Positions 40,238 to 52,814 of a stretch of DNA of 64,000 nucleotides are shown here, in pieces. This DNA is from Octopus sinensis. Its lineage: Eukaryota. Below the pieces are notes generated by a model. The model saw nothing but the letters and a program-made list of their open reading frames with translations, was not told the origin of the DNA and did no database searches. Every line of letters starts with the position of its first letter. Positions within the stretch are counted from its first letter, which is position 1. The stretch is taken from NCBI RefSeq assembly GCF_006345805.1, contig NC_043015.1:28458001-28522000 (forward strand). The letters are read 5' to 3'. Position numbers and translations under genes: made by a program.

Positions 40238-43200
40238 ATATACTTTATTTAAATAAAGCATATTACTCTACCTCTGGTATTTGAGTACTCTTTTATACAT
40301 CCTTGTTTCACATTTATGTGCTTACTCTGGTATATATCATCATCATCATCATCATCATTGTTTAACATCCGTTTTCCATGCTAGCAAGGATTGGATGGTT
40401 CAACCGGGGTCTGGGAGCCTGGAAGCTGCACCAAGGTCCAGTTTGATCTGCCAGTGTTTCTACAGTTGGATGCCCTTACATATATATATACATATGTGTG
40501 TGTATGTGAGTGAGTGACTGAAAAAATGAAAGAAGGGCACTCAACCAGTTTATTGGGAGTTACATGAATGGATCAAAACAGTTCAAAATGGCTGATGACT
40601 AGCATCACACTTGAATCTCAAGAGTACCAACGAATTTGAATCAAACTGTTTTGATCCACAACCCAGTACCACAACCACCACTTTCATCACCCCTCAACCA
40701 CCACCACCACTACCACCTTCATCATCATCTTTGTCATCGCAATCATCATCGTCATCACCATTGTCCTCATCATTATTACCATGATCATGATCATTATCAG
40801 CAGCATCAGCAGCCGTAGCATCACCACAACAGCAACAAATTAAAAAAAAAATTTTTTCATCTGTGTTAGTTAAATATTTACCTGAAGCCAAATCACTTTA
40901 CTTAATTCACTCAAATATGAAGACCCATAAATAGATCTAGTAAAAAGAGGCCATTTGTTATCTAATGAATCAATTTATTTTGGAGCTACTAATAATACAT
41001 TTTAGTTAATGATTTTTTCCCCCCATTTTATTCCAAGTACATCAAAATTTCAACAGTAAATTAATTATTTTTGTTTACAGAAAAATAATTATTTTAACTG
41101 TAGAAATTATTCTGTTATTTGCAACACTTTTAAGATAATGTTTCTGTTTTGGTGACCTCACTGGTGTTGGTGCCACATAAAATGCACTTAGTACACTTTG
41201 TAAAGTGGTTGATGTTAGGAAGGGTATCCAATCTTAAAATGGCCATCCTGTAGACGGTAGGGCTTGGCGCAGTCTTCTGATCTGCTAGCTCCTGTTAAAC
41301 TGTCAAACACGTGCTAGCATGGGAAACAGATGTTATGTAAATGATAATGATGATGAAACAAGACATTATTTGAAATGTAGTCCAAATTATGATTTGTGAG
41401 GTGTGTCTGTGTAGTTTAAGATGTATGCTTCGCAGCCATGTAGACTTCATGCTCATTTTCACTACATGGCACAGCATGTTTTCTGCTATAGCCTCAAGCT
41501 AATGCATGTGTGTGTGCACATATGCACATGCACGCACATGTGCACACACACTCACACAAATACACACATGTGTGTGCACACACACACGAGTATATTTGGG
41601 GAAAGGCGGCGAGCTGGCAGAAACGCTAGCACGCCGGACGAAATGTGTAGCAGTATTTCGTCTGCTGTTACGTTCTGAGTTCAAATTCTGCCGAAGTCGA
41701 CTTTGCCTTTCATCCTTTCGGGGTCGATAAATTAAGTACCAGTTATGCACTGGGGTCAATGTAATCGACTTAATACCTATCTCTGTCCTTGTTTTTCCCC
41801 TCTACGTTTAGCCTCTTGTGGGTAATAAAGAAATAGGTATTTCGTCTGCCGTTACGTTGTGAGTTCAAATTCCGCCAAGGTCGACTTTGCCTTTCATCCT
41901 TTCGGGGTCGATAAATTAAGTACCAGTTACGCACTGGGGTTGCTGTAATCGACTTGATCCATTTGTCTGTCCTTGATTGTCCCCTCTGTGTTTAGCCCCT
42001 TTGTGGGCAATAAAGAAATATATATTCGTGTGTGTGTGCCAGCATGGGAAAAAGCAAATGTAAAAAACGATGATGATGTTACTAATGTTTCTTAAAAGTG
42101 TTATAAATAACAGCTTAATTTCTATTTTTCACCATCATCATCATCATCATCATCGTTTAACGTCCGCTTTCCATGCTAGCATGGGTTGGACGATTTGACT
42201 GAGGTCTGGCGAACCAGACTGGAGACTGGTGCAGATGGCTGCACCAGACTCCAATCTGATCTGGCAGAGTTTCTACAGCTGGATGCCCTTCCTAACGCCA
42301 ACCACTCCGAGAGTGTAGTGGGTGCTTTCACGTGCCACCGGCACGAGGGCCAGTCAGGTGGTACTGGCAACGGCCACGCTCAAATCGCACTTTTTATGTG
42401 CCACCTGCACAGGAGCCAGTCCAGCGGCACTGGCAACGACCTCGCTCGAATGTTTTTTTAATTTTCTTGGGAAAAAATAAGCATTGTCATGATGATGATG
42501 AAAATGGTAACGATCATCATCACCATTACCATTATCTTCATTATGGAAATGATGAAGCCTCTACAAGGTACTTTGAACTGCTAGAAATAGTAGCAGAGTC
42601 TCCATTAACTCATAAAAAACAAGAACTCATTGAATAATGGGCAGTTGTGTGCCTTATTCAGGTACATGATACAATACTATAGAGGCAGGATTTGAACCCA
42701 AGACTACGTACTCAATTATCCAGCACCGCTAACCCTTTAGCCTTTAAACCAGCTGTACTTGGCCCAAATATTCTACCTGTTTTATACTCAAACCTACCAG
42801 ATCAGGCATCTCTCACCTATTCTACAATGTCATTCTGAACATATACAATCACATCATCAAAATTTTAAAGCTACCGGATTATATATTATTAATTTAAAAT
42901 AATTAAATTATTATTTAATTATAGGAGTGGCTGTGTGGTAAGTAGCTTGCTAACCAACCACATGGTTCTGGGTTCAGCCCCACTTCGTGGCATCTTGGGC
43001 AAGTGTCTTCTGCTATAGCCCCGGACCGACAAATGCCTTGTGAGTGGATTTGGTAGACGGAAACTGAAAAGAAGCCTGTCGTATGTATGTATATATATAT
43101 ATATGTATGTGTGTTTGTGTGTCTGTGTTTGTCCCCCTAGCATTGCTTGACAACCGATGCTGGTGTGTTTATGTCCCCGTCACTTAGCGGTTCAGCAAAA

Positions 43201-43458
43201 GAGACCGATAGAATAAGTACTGGGCTTACAAAGAATAAGTCCCGGGGTCGATTTGCTTGACTAAAGGCGGTGCTCCAGCATGGCTGCAGTCAAATGACTG
43301 AAACAAGTAAAAGAGTAAAAGAGTAAAAGAGTAAAAGAGTAAAAGAGTAAAAGAGTAAAAGAGTAAAAGAGTAATGTGAATGAAGAAGCATTTTATATAA
43401 GAGAGTATTCTGAATGCTAAAGGGTTAATAATAGCCATTTAACGTTAAAATGATTTAC

Positions 43459-43599
43459 CTTGTCAAAGCTCTCCAAATGTATGTAACATGTAGCACGGTT
43501 CCTGTTTATTTTGGCCAAGTTTTTATCTGAATACTCGCCAAAGGAGAACAGGTTGTAGGAATAATTATACCACTCAAGTGCTTCTTGGTAATTTGTTTG
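43459..43599 (-). CDS. TEX11: TEX11 exon (0/0) QTNYQEALEWYNYS...RNRATCYIHLESFDK
   Basis: gttttag / gtaaat; TPR-like motif NY..AL.WY.YS and RN.A.CY. Confidence 0.93.
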
Positions 43600-44019
43600 C
43601 TAAAACAACAAAACGAAACAATTAGGACTGAAAATAATTAATACAAGAGGAAGAGAATTAAACTACATAAAAATGAATAGGAGTGGCTGTGTAGTAAGTA
43701 ACTTGCTTACGTACCACATGGTTCTGGGTTCAGTTCCATTGCGTGGCACCTTGGGCTAGTGTCTTCTTTTCTCTTACTTGTTTCAGTCATTTGACTGCGG
43801 CCATGCTGGAGCACCACCTTTAGTCGAGCAAATCAACCCCAGGGCTTATTCTTTGTAAGCCTAGTACTTATTCTATTGGTCTCTTTTGCTGAACCGCCAA
43901 GTTACGGAGACATAAACACACCACCATCGGTTGTCAGGTGATGTTGGGGGCAAAAACGCAGACACACAAACATATACACATACATACAGACATACATATA
44001 TATATATAATATATATATA

Positions 44020-44076
<57 letters not shown>

Positions 44077-44339
44077 ATATATATATATATATATACACAC
44101 AAACATATATACGATGGGCTTCTTTCCAAATCCACTCACTAGGCTTTGGTTGGCCCGAGGCTATAGTAGAAGACACTTGCCCAAGGTGCCATGCAGTGGG
44201 ACTGGACCTGGAACCATGTGGCTGGTAAGCAAGGTACTTGCCACACAACCACTCCTGTGCCTATATACCAATTTTACATATTAAACACATTCCTGGAACA
44301 ACTATAACTTTCCAATTGTAGTAAACTTTTCAAACTTAC

Positions 44340-44425
44340 TTCATATGCCATTGCAGCTTGCTCCCAAAATATGTAATGCAATTGCTTTCTTGTGGATAAA
44401 TCAAGTGGTTCGTTTGTATTGTGGG
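44340..44425 (-). CDS. TEX11: TEX11 exon (1/0) HNTNEPLDLSTRKQLHYIFWEQAAMAYE
   Basis: ttttcag / gtaagt; LH.I.W.QAA motif. Confidence 0.92.
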
Positions 44426-45099
44426 CTGAAAATATACAATTATGATACTGGTTGAAGAAATGATTAAAACTGCATTTTCAATTTACAAAATAAATCCATG
44501 TTTACAGTGTAGAATTTTTGATTCTTACATAAAAGAATTCCGTTAGTTATATTAAATAAATGACATGTTGTTAATATATCTTATTGTTGTATTTAGGAAT
44601 GGTCATTTTGCCAGTTTAGCCAATAAAAAAACACATGCACTATGATTAAAACTGATTAAAACATGCACTATGATTAAAATTTAGGAATGGTCATTTTGCC
44701 AGTTTAGCCAATAAAAAAACACATGCACTATAAATTTGGTGTTACTTTGCTTTAGCGTTATTTATTTTTTACATATATCTACTCTATTAAAATATGATTA
44801 AATATATGTTTCTTTATTAGCCACACATGGCTGAACACAGAGGGGGACAAATTACAGAGTAGAGCTTTTCTTTTTGGGGAGAAAAAAGTAAATAAATAAA
44901 AAGAGGGGTAGGTTTACGATCAAAAGGGATCGCAAAAAAAGAAAGAAAAAAAGTAAAAAACAAACGATCAATAGGGATAGTGTATCACAGAAGTGTCATG
45001 GTGTAAAGTGTAAAGGGGGAAACGGATAAGGTTTATCCGTGGAAAGAAAAGCCTACAGAAAAGACCATGGTAACCTCGATTAAATATAGACTAACATAC

Positions 45100-45251
45100 C
45101 AGCAATTATGTTCTCAACTAATTCTTTGGCAGTTTGCAGTTCCTTTGTTTTCAGATTTAATTCCAATAAGCTGCATACTACTTTCCCATATTCAGGTGAA
45201 TTTGAAAATCTGGTCATCATGTACTTTAGTTGCTCCATACTCAAATTTGAT
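45100..45251 (-). CDS. TEX11: TEX11 exon (2/1) SNLSMEQLKYMMTRFSNSPEYGKVV...AKELVENIIA
   Basis: Acceptor ...ttattattag, donor gtatgt; resembles RF..S...GK and AKE..E.I. Confidence 0.87.
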
Positions 45252-45252
45252 C

Positions 45253-45315
<63 letters not shown>

Positions 45316-45329
45316 TAATAATAATAATT

Positions 45330-45945
45330 ATTATATTCCTAAGAAGGAATATATTCACAGACATGACAGAGTTGAGACCTATATACACTGGAACCTATAC
45401 CAACATTATGGAATAACAACAGAAAAAAGATGGTATAGGCACACACCAGAAGAGGTCACAGAAAATGAGAAAGCAATCATACTCTGGGATATGCCAATAC
45501 ACACAGATAGAGAAATTAAGGCCAACAGACCAGATATAGTTGTCAGAGATCATGAAGAAAAAAAATGTTTTCTAATTGATGTATCAATACCAGCGGATGA
45601 CAACGTGTCTCTAAAAGAAATGGGGAAACTTTCAAAATACAAAGACCTGGAAATAGAGGTAACCAGAATGTGGAATCTAAAAACAGAAACAATTCCTATC
45701 ATAATAGGTGCATTAGGCATGATAAAAAAATATTCAGACAAATACATAACAAAAACACCAGGACTTACAAACACATATAACATACAGAAAATTGCATTAC
45801 TGGGCACTACACACATCCTACGCAGAACACTTTCCATACAGTAACCACCAGAGCATCACAACAAATCACAGCACATACCCAAGACACACAGAGCTGCGCT
45901 CGGTAGTGAAGTGAAAGCACGATATAAAAAATATACTACTGAATG
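45330..45945 (+). mobile_element. 5'-truncated R4/Dong-like non-LTR retrotransposon (restriction-like endonuclease end)
   Basis: EYIHRHDRV..YIHW.L..HYG..WY.H.PE..LWD..I.TDR.I.ANRPDIVV..IDVSIP..K.SKY..L; bounded by (TAA)n on both sides. Confidence 0.88.
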
Positions 45946-46031
45946 ATAATAATAATAATAATAATAATAATAATAGTCCTTTCTGCAGTATCTACTGGTA
46001 TAACTGAACAGTTTGAGACAACATCGTTGTA

Positions 46032-46601
46032 TTGTGTTGTCCAGAAAGTTTGTGCCGATTTTTAAAGGAAAGAAAAAGGTCGATAAATACTTGCCATTAC
46101 ATTTTTAATCAACCAATTATGAACCATTTTGTTGCACAATGCGTCTCCATCTTTCCTTTAACTTGAAAATACCCTCTTCCCAGAATTGAGGTGGGTTCAT
46201 GGCAAAGAATTCATCAAGGTATCTTTTTACGTCATCCAAGGAATTGAAATTTTTACCATTAAGACTATTCTGCAGAGACTTGAATGAGCAGAAATCTGAA
46301 GGTGCAATATCTGGTGAATATGGAGGGTGGGGTAACACATCCCAGCCAAGCTGCAGCAATTTTTGTCTGGTTCCCAAAGCAATTTTTGTCTGGTTCCCAA
46401 AACTTTCTTATCTTCCATTTCAAAGGGTTACAGAATTAACACAGGTTATAGGAACATAAACCTTTTTCCACGAAAAGATAGCTTAAATTGTGCTCTAAAT
46501 GGAGGTGTAGTGAAATCCTATTTTATGGACTCGACCATGTTCTAAAATAAGTCGAAAGGGTAAGCTACTATAAATCGACACAAACTTTCCGGAAAATCCA
46601 A
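46032..46601 (-). mobile_element. Internally deleted mariner
   Basis: TA-flanked TIRs ttg(t/g)(g/a)tt(g/t)tcc(a/g)gaaagtttgtg(c/t)cgattt; retains WDVLPHPPYSPDIAPSDF. Confidence 0.85.
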
Positions 46602-47829
46602 TATTTAGTTGTGGTGTTGTGGTTGTGGTTGTGGTAGTGATGGAATTATTAATGTTGGTGATACTGCTGGCTTTCATTGCTATGGAAGTGGTTAAAGCAG
46701 TAAAAGCGTTGCTATTTTTCTGTTGCTAATGCTGCTATTTGATTTAGATGGTGTCAAACTTGGGAAACCTTTGTAGAAGTTGAATAAACTCACGTTTGTT
46801 GTGTCACCTTTTTTCATTATTGCTCTTGTCAGTGTTGTTGTTGATTTTTTTTTTCCTTCAGTATTCAGTGAAATAATTCAAAGCAGACAACAGTGAAAAA
46901 TTTTTTCTCTCCTCTCTGATGTCATCTGCTTTTGTTCCAGAAACAACACTACTATTACTCATTAAGCAGAGGCACTTGACACATTCGTCTCTCCACATCT
47001 CTCTCTCTCTCTTTGTTTTAATTAGGCACACTTTTTACTTCCAGTGTGTTATATTTGTCCCTGGAGAATATTTTTATTTCTCCAAAGGGATCCTTGCTTT
47101 CTTTTTTGACTTGTCAAAAAAAAAAACAAAAAAACTGACAATTTTTATAACAAAATTTAAAATTTATCAAATACCCATTGGTGAAGAGATTGAACAAAAT
47201 GGAACACCTCACTAAAAATAAATTAACTTTAGGTGACAAAAAATATCAAACCCAAGCCATAATTCAAGTGGAAAACACAAAATAATCTTTTTCATGTTTT
47301 ACAGTGCCGAGATTGAAAGCAGCTTTCCCATCAACGACACTATTATTATTATTGAGCTGGCAGAAACGTTAGCATGCCGGGCGAAATGCTTAGAGGTATT
47401 TCATCTGCCGTTATGTTGTGAGTTCAAATTCCGCCGAGGTCGACTTTGCCTTTCATCCTTTCGGGGGTCGATAAATTAAGTACCAGTTACGCACTGGAGT
47501 CGATATAATCGACTTAATCCGTTTGTCTGTCCTTGTTTGTCCTCTCTGTGTAAATTAAGTACCAGTTACGCACTGGGGGGTCGATGTAATCGACTTAATA
47601 CCTATGTCTGTCCTTGTTTGTCCCCTCTATGTTTAGCCGCTTGTGGGTAATAAAGAAATAGGTATTTCGTCTGCCGCTACATTCTGAGTTCAAATTCCGC
47701 TGAGGTCGACTTTGCCTTTCATCCTTTCGGGGTCGATAAATTAAGTACCAGTTACGCACTGGGGTCGATGTAATCGACTTAATCCTTTTGTTTGTCCCCT
47801 CTATGTTTAGCCCCTTGTGGGTAGTAAAG

Positions 47830-47889
<60 letters not shown>

Positions 47890-48700
47890 GGTAATGAGCT
47901 GGCAGAATTGTTAGCTTGCTGGACGAAATGCTTGGCGGTATTTTACCTGTTGCTACATTCTGAGTTCAAGTGTAGCCAATGTTGACCTTGTTTTTCGTCC
48001 TTTTGGGGTCAATAAATTAAGTACCAGTTAATCAGGGTGGCGAGCTGGCAGAATCGTTAGCACGCCGGGTGAAATGCTTCGCGATATTTCGTCTGCTGTT
48101 ATGTTCTGAGTTCAAATTCTGCCGAGGTCGACTTTGCCTTTCATCCTTTCGGGGTCGATTAAATAGGCACCAGTTACGCACTGGGGTCGATCAAATCAAC
48201 CGGTCCCCTCTCCCAAAATTTCAGGTTTTGTGCCTATTGTAGAAAGGATTATTATTATTATTATTAGGCGGTGAGCTGGCAGTAACGTTAGCACGCCGGG
48301 CAAAATGCTTAGTGGTATTTCGTCTGCTATTATGTTCTGAGTTCAAATTCCGCCAAGGTCGACTTTGCCTTTCATCCTTTCGGGGTAGATAAATTAAGTA
48401 CCAGTTATGTAGGAGTCGATCTAATCGACTGGCTTCCTCCCCCAAAATTTCGGGCCTTGTGCCTATAGTAGAAAAGATTATTATATTGCTAGCATGCCAG
48501 GCGAAAGGCACAACGGCATTTCATCTGCTGCAACGTTCTGAGTTCAAATTCTGCTGAGGTCGACTTTGCCTTTCATCCTTTCGGGGTTGATGAAATAAGT
48601 ACCAGTCACGCACTGGTGTTGACATAATCGACTATCCCCTTCCCAAACTTTTCAGGTCTTGTGCCTACAGTAAAAACAATTATTACTATTATTATTATTA

Positions 48701-48749
<49 letters not shown>

Positions 48750-48751
48750 CA

Positions 48752-49149
48752 TCTTTATATATAAAAGTGAAATTGTGTGTCTGTCTCCTACGATTTAGAT
48801 TCCTAACTACTCCCACATTTTGCGGTGCAGTTTAACCAAAACTGGGTATCTTATAGTCGTGATTCATATCGAGCCCTTCTGGGTATTAGTGCGCATCTAT
48901 GATGAGTCTACGATTTAAAAAAAAATTTACCATAATTTTTTTCCATTTTAATGCATTTTTTCGCTATTATATAAGGGAAGTAACTCTCTAAAAATGTCTA
49001 CGATGAGTCAACGATTTAAAAAAAAATTTACCATAATTTTTTTTCCATTTTTAATGCATTTTTTTGCTATTTTTTTGGCTATAACTCTCTAAAAATGCTT
49101 ATATAGCTATTTCCCTTACAAACCCGAGCAACACTGGGCGATACTGCTA

Positions 49150-49150
<1 letters not shown>
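48752..49150 (+). mobile_element. Non-autonomous Helitron inserted in an (ATT)n tract
   Basis: A|TC start, cccgagcaacactggg hairpin, CTAG|T end. Confidence 0.82.
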
Positions 49151-49183
<33 letters not shown>

Positions 49184-49998
49184 GTAGTAGTAGTAGTAAT
49201 AGTAGTAGTGGCAGTGGCGGTGGTGATGGTTGTGGTGGTGGTGGTGGGTATTGAAATAACATGAACTGAATTAAAATTAATATCTAATGTACACTGTGTT
49301 TATAAATGATGCAGAAATATCTATAAATGGTATGGAAAAATGAGCAAGAGACAAACTATTTATAGTTGTAGCTGATTTAGAATTTTTATGCATGGAAAAT
49401 AACAGAAATATCTGTTTAAAAGTTTACGGAAAGCATGATTAAATATATGTATATATTTATGTGTGTTTTTCTTAAAGTTTATTAAAGTTCTTCTTCAGAG
49501 AGTTCAAGCTGGTTGCTAACAAAGCAATAAGACTTTCTGAGTTAAGAGAGTCTCTCTGGTGTTTAAAGATACATAGTTGAGTTTCTGTGTTGGTCACTCT
49601 GTCAACATGTATGTTGACAGAGTGACCAACACTATGCCTTTTAGCATTGCTAAATAAAATATTTCTGTCTAAGCATTCCACTCTCTCAGTCAACTTCAAC
49701 AAAAATAACATTCAAAACTTAATGCTGAAAACTTATGGTTTATTACATAAAAAAGCTTTTCAATGCATATGACTCCCGATTCTCTCTGTGAATTAATCCA
49801 AGAACTGAAGAGGTTTAAATAAGCAAGGAACAGTTCATAAGAGATTTAAGAAATTGCTGGAGTTCTTCACCAAGGTATTTCTACAAACTGTCTAAAGTTT
49901 GCTACTGAAGAAACATCTATGGTGCTAATAAACAATGAAGATATATAATTATATAATTTAGAAAATGATATATAAATATGAATAAAAATGTTATTAAC

Positions 49999-50080
49999 CT
50001 GTTTGAATTGGTCAACAAGTGACAGCTTTGTAAACCAATAGATACACTAAATTCTTGATGGTTGTATAAACTTTCAATGG
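49999..50080 (-). CDS. TEX11: TEX11 exon (1/2) IESLYNHQEFSVSIGLQSCHLLTNSN
   Basis: ttttttcag / gttaat; phases fit both neighbours. Confidence 0.8.
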
Positions 50081-50657
50081 CTGAAAAAACAAACAATTGA
50101 TATTACTAAGGATCAGATACAATGCCTATAAAAGTTTTAATAGGAAATTTTTGTTCAATACAAATAAAATAAATGTTAGATATTGAAATGCATAGGGTAT
50201 AATTTATGCATAAAAGCAAACATATATATATAGGCACAGGAGTGGCTGTGTGGTAAGTAGCTTGTTTACCAACCACATGGTTCCGGGTTCAGTCCCATTG
50301 CGTGGCACCTTGGGCAAGTGTCTTCTACTATAGCCTCGGGCCGACCAAAGCCTTGTGAGTGGATTTGGTAGACGGAAACTGAAAGAAGCCTGTCGTATAT
50401 ATGTGTATATATATATATATATATGTATGTTTGTGTATGTATATATTTGTGTGTCTGTGTTTGTCCCCCTAGCATTGCTTGACAACCGATGCTGGTGTGT
50501 TTATGTCCCCGTTACTTAGCGGTTCAGCAAAAGAGACCGATAGAATAAGTACTGGGCTTACAAAAGAATAAGTCCCGGGGTCGAGTTGCTCGATTAAAGG
50601 CGGTGCTCCAGCATGGCCGCAGTCAAAATGACTGAAACAAGTAAAAGAGTAAAAGAG

Positions 50658-50689
<32 letters not shown>

Positions 50690-50929
50690 TATACATACAT
50701 ATATATATATATATAAAGGGAAAGTTTATGAAAATAAACAAACGATGAAGGTAGGTGGAATACAAACAAACAAATGTATTAGTATAGTGCTCAGGAATAG
50801 AAAAAAGTCTTTTACGTTTCGAGCCTATGCTCTTTGACAGAAAGATACACAGAAAAAAAACAAGGAGAGAAAAAAATGCGTGTAGGAGCTAACGATCTAT
50901 CATGGCATCCTGTATATATATATATATAT

Positions 50930-50981
<52 letters not shown>

Positions 50982-51078
50982 GTATATGCACTCACACACA
51001 CACACAAATGCGCGAGCACACACATTCCATATCATAAAGAAATAGTAATTATTGTCTCAAAGATATTATATATCTTAC

Positions 51079-51163
51079 TGTTTCTGATAGTCTCGTCTCC
51101 AGTTTCAGTATCTAGTAATAATATTCTCAATTTCAGAAGGATTCCCAGATGGTGATTATGCAG
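51079..51163 (-). CDS. TEX11: TEX11 exon (0/1) LHNHHLGILLKLRILLLDTETGDETIRN
   Basis: tttcag / gtaaga; G..LK..ILL motif. Confidence 0.88.
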
Positions 51164-51968
51164 CTGAAATCGTAAAACTTAGAAATATTATCATCCACCA
51201 ACAAAAGACAAAAAAAAAAACGGAAGAAGACTGAATACGAAACTGTGTGGTTTGTAAAGCAAGCTTTTCAATTTCATTATTATTGATTTCACATTTTGGC
51301 AGAAGGCTAGCCAGTTCAGGGGTAGGGGATAAGTTGATTACATCGACCCCAGTGTTCAACTGGTCCTTATTTTATTAACCCCAGAAGGTTGAAAGGCAAA
51401 GTCGACCCTGGCAGAATCTAAACTCAGACCATAAACATGGATGAAATTCCAGCTAAACATTTTGCCAGGTGTGCTAATGATTCTGCCAGCTTGCTACCTT
51501 AAATATTATTAACATTAGTAATAATAAAATCTGATGAATACCTTTCGTTTTTGGATTTGGTTTGCAAGATTCTTTATGTGAGTTCATGTGTTGAAGCATA
51601 TTCTGTTGTGTCTGGGGAGAGCTGTTTTCTTTTTGTGCCTTATTTTGTAACATACTCACTGATAAAATTTCCACTTACTTTTTATTTCTATTTTCCTAAA
51701 ATTTTTGTTGCATCTTGCAACCTTTTCAATAGTCAAAACAAAGTAATATATCATCATCATCATCATCATTTAACCCATGTTGGCATGGGTTGGATGGTTT
51801 AACTGGGCTGGCATGCTGGAAGGCTGCGCTAAGAGTCCAGTCTGATTTGGCATGGTTTTCTATGGCTGGATACCCTTCCTAATGCCAACCACTCTGAGAG
51901 TGTAATGGATGCTTTTACATGCCACTGGCACAGGTGCCATTTGTGTGACACCGAGGTGTGTTAACATA

Positions 51969-52261
51969 CATTATTTACATTATTTATGATTGATGGATAT
52001 TTGTCCTCATCATGTTCATTGTTAACGACATTTCGGCTGATATACCCTCCAGCCTTCATCAAGTGTCTTGGAGAAATTTCTTGGGTTCTCATTCCTAAAG
52101 TATTTTTCGATGTTGTTGTTGCTGTTATTATTATTATTATTAGTAGTAGTATTATTATCATTATTATTATTCAGGTCACTGCCTGGAATCGAACTCAGAA
52201 TCTTGGGGTTAGTAGCCTGCACGCTTAACCCCTATGCCATATGCCCGTGCACATATAGAAC
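51969..52261 (-). mobile_element. tRNA-headed SINE with a hammerhead-ribozyme-like module
   Basis: 12-bp TSD tgtgttaacata (51957-51968 and 52262-52273); A-box TGGCATAGGGG, B-box GAGTTCGATTCC; core (T)TGATGA-AGGCTG..CAGCC-GAAA-TGTC. Confidence 0.7.
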
Positions 52262-52267
52262 TGTGTT

Positions 52268-52306
<39 letters not shown>

Positions 52307-52480
52307 GTTGGACTACACTCACGGAGTGGTTGGCGTTAGGAAGGGCATCCAGCTGTAGAAACATTGCCAAATTAGACTGGAGCCTGGTGCAGCCTTCTGG
52401 CTTCCCAGAACCCCGGTCGAACCGTCCAACCCATGCTAGCATGGAGAACGGACGTTAAACGACGATGATGATGATGATGA

Positions 52481-52530
<50 letters not shown>

Positions 52531-52718
52531 ATATGTATGTATGTTTATATATATAAATATCAAAATACACAAACTTACACATGCATACACATGCACACCC
52601 ATGCACACATACTTGTATATCCATGCAGGCATACACTCATCCTTGAATGATTAGCTTCTTAGACATCCAATAACTACAAGACTTCATTCAAAGACAGGAA
52701 CTGATCTATGGTACTTAC

Positions 52719-52814
52719 ATTGTTGGCAAGATTGATGGCATTCAGTGCTTTTTTATTTGATTCAATAGTCTTGAACTCCAAATAGGCAGTAGCTAGTAAC
52801 CTCAGGGTACAGGA
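52719..52814 (-). CDS. TEX11: TEX11 exon (0/0) SCTLRLLATAYLEFKTIESNKKALNAINLANN
   Basis: ttttttcag / gtaagt; LRLLAT.YL and KALNA.NLAN motifs. Confidence 0.93.

Noticed and set aside
49472-49711. ORF as a possible TEX11 exon
   Set aside because: No usable splice sites or motif; the true exons were found at 49999 and 45100
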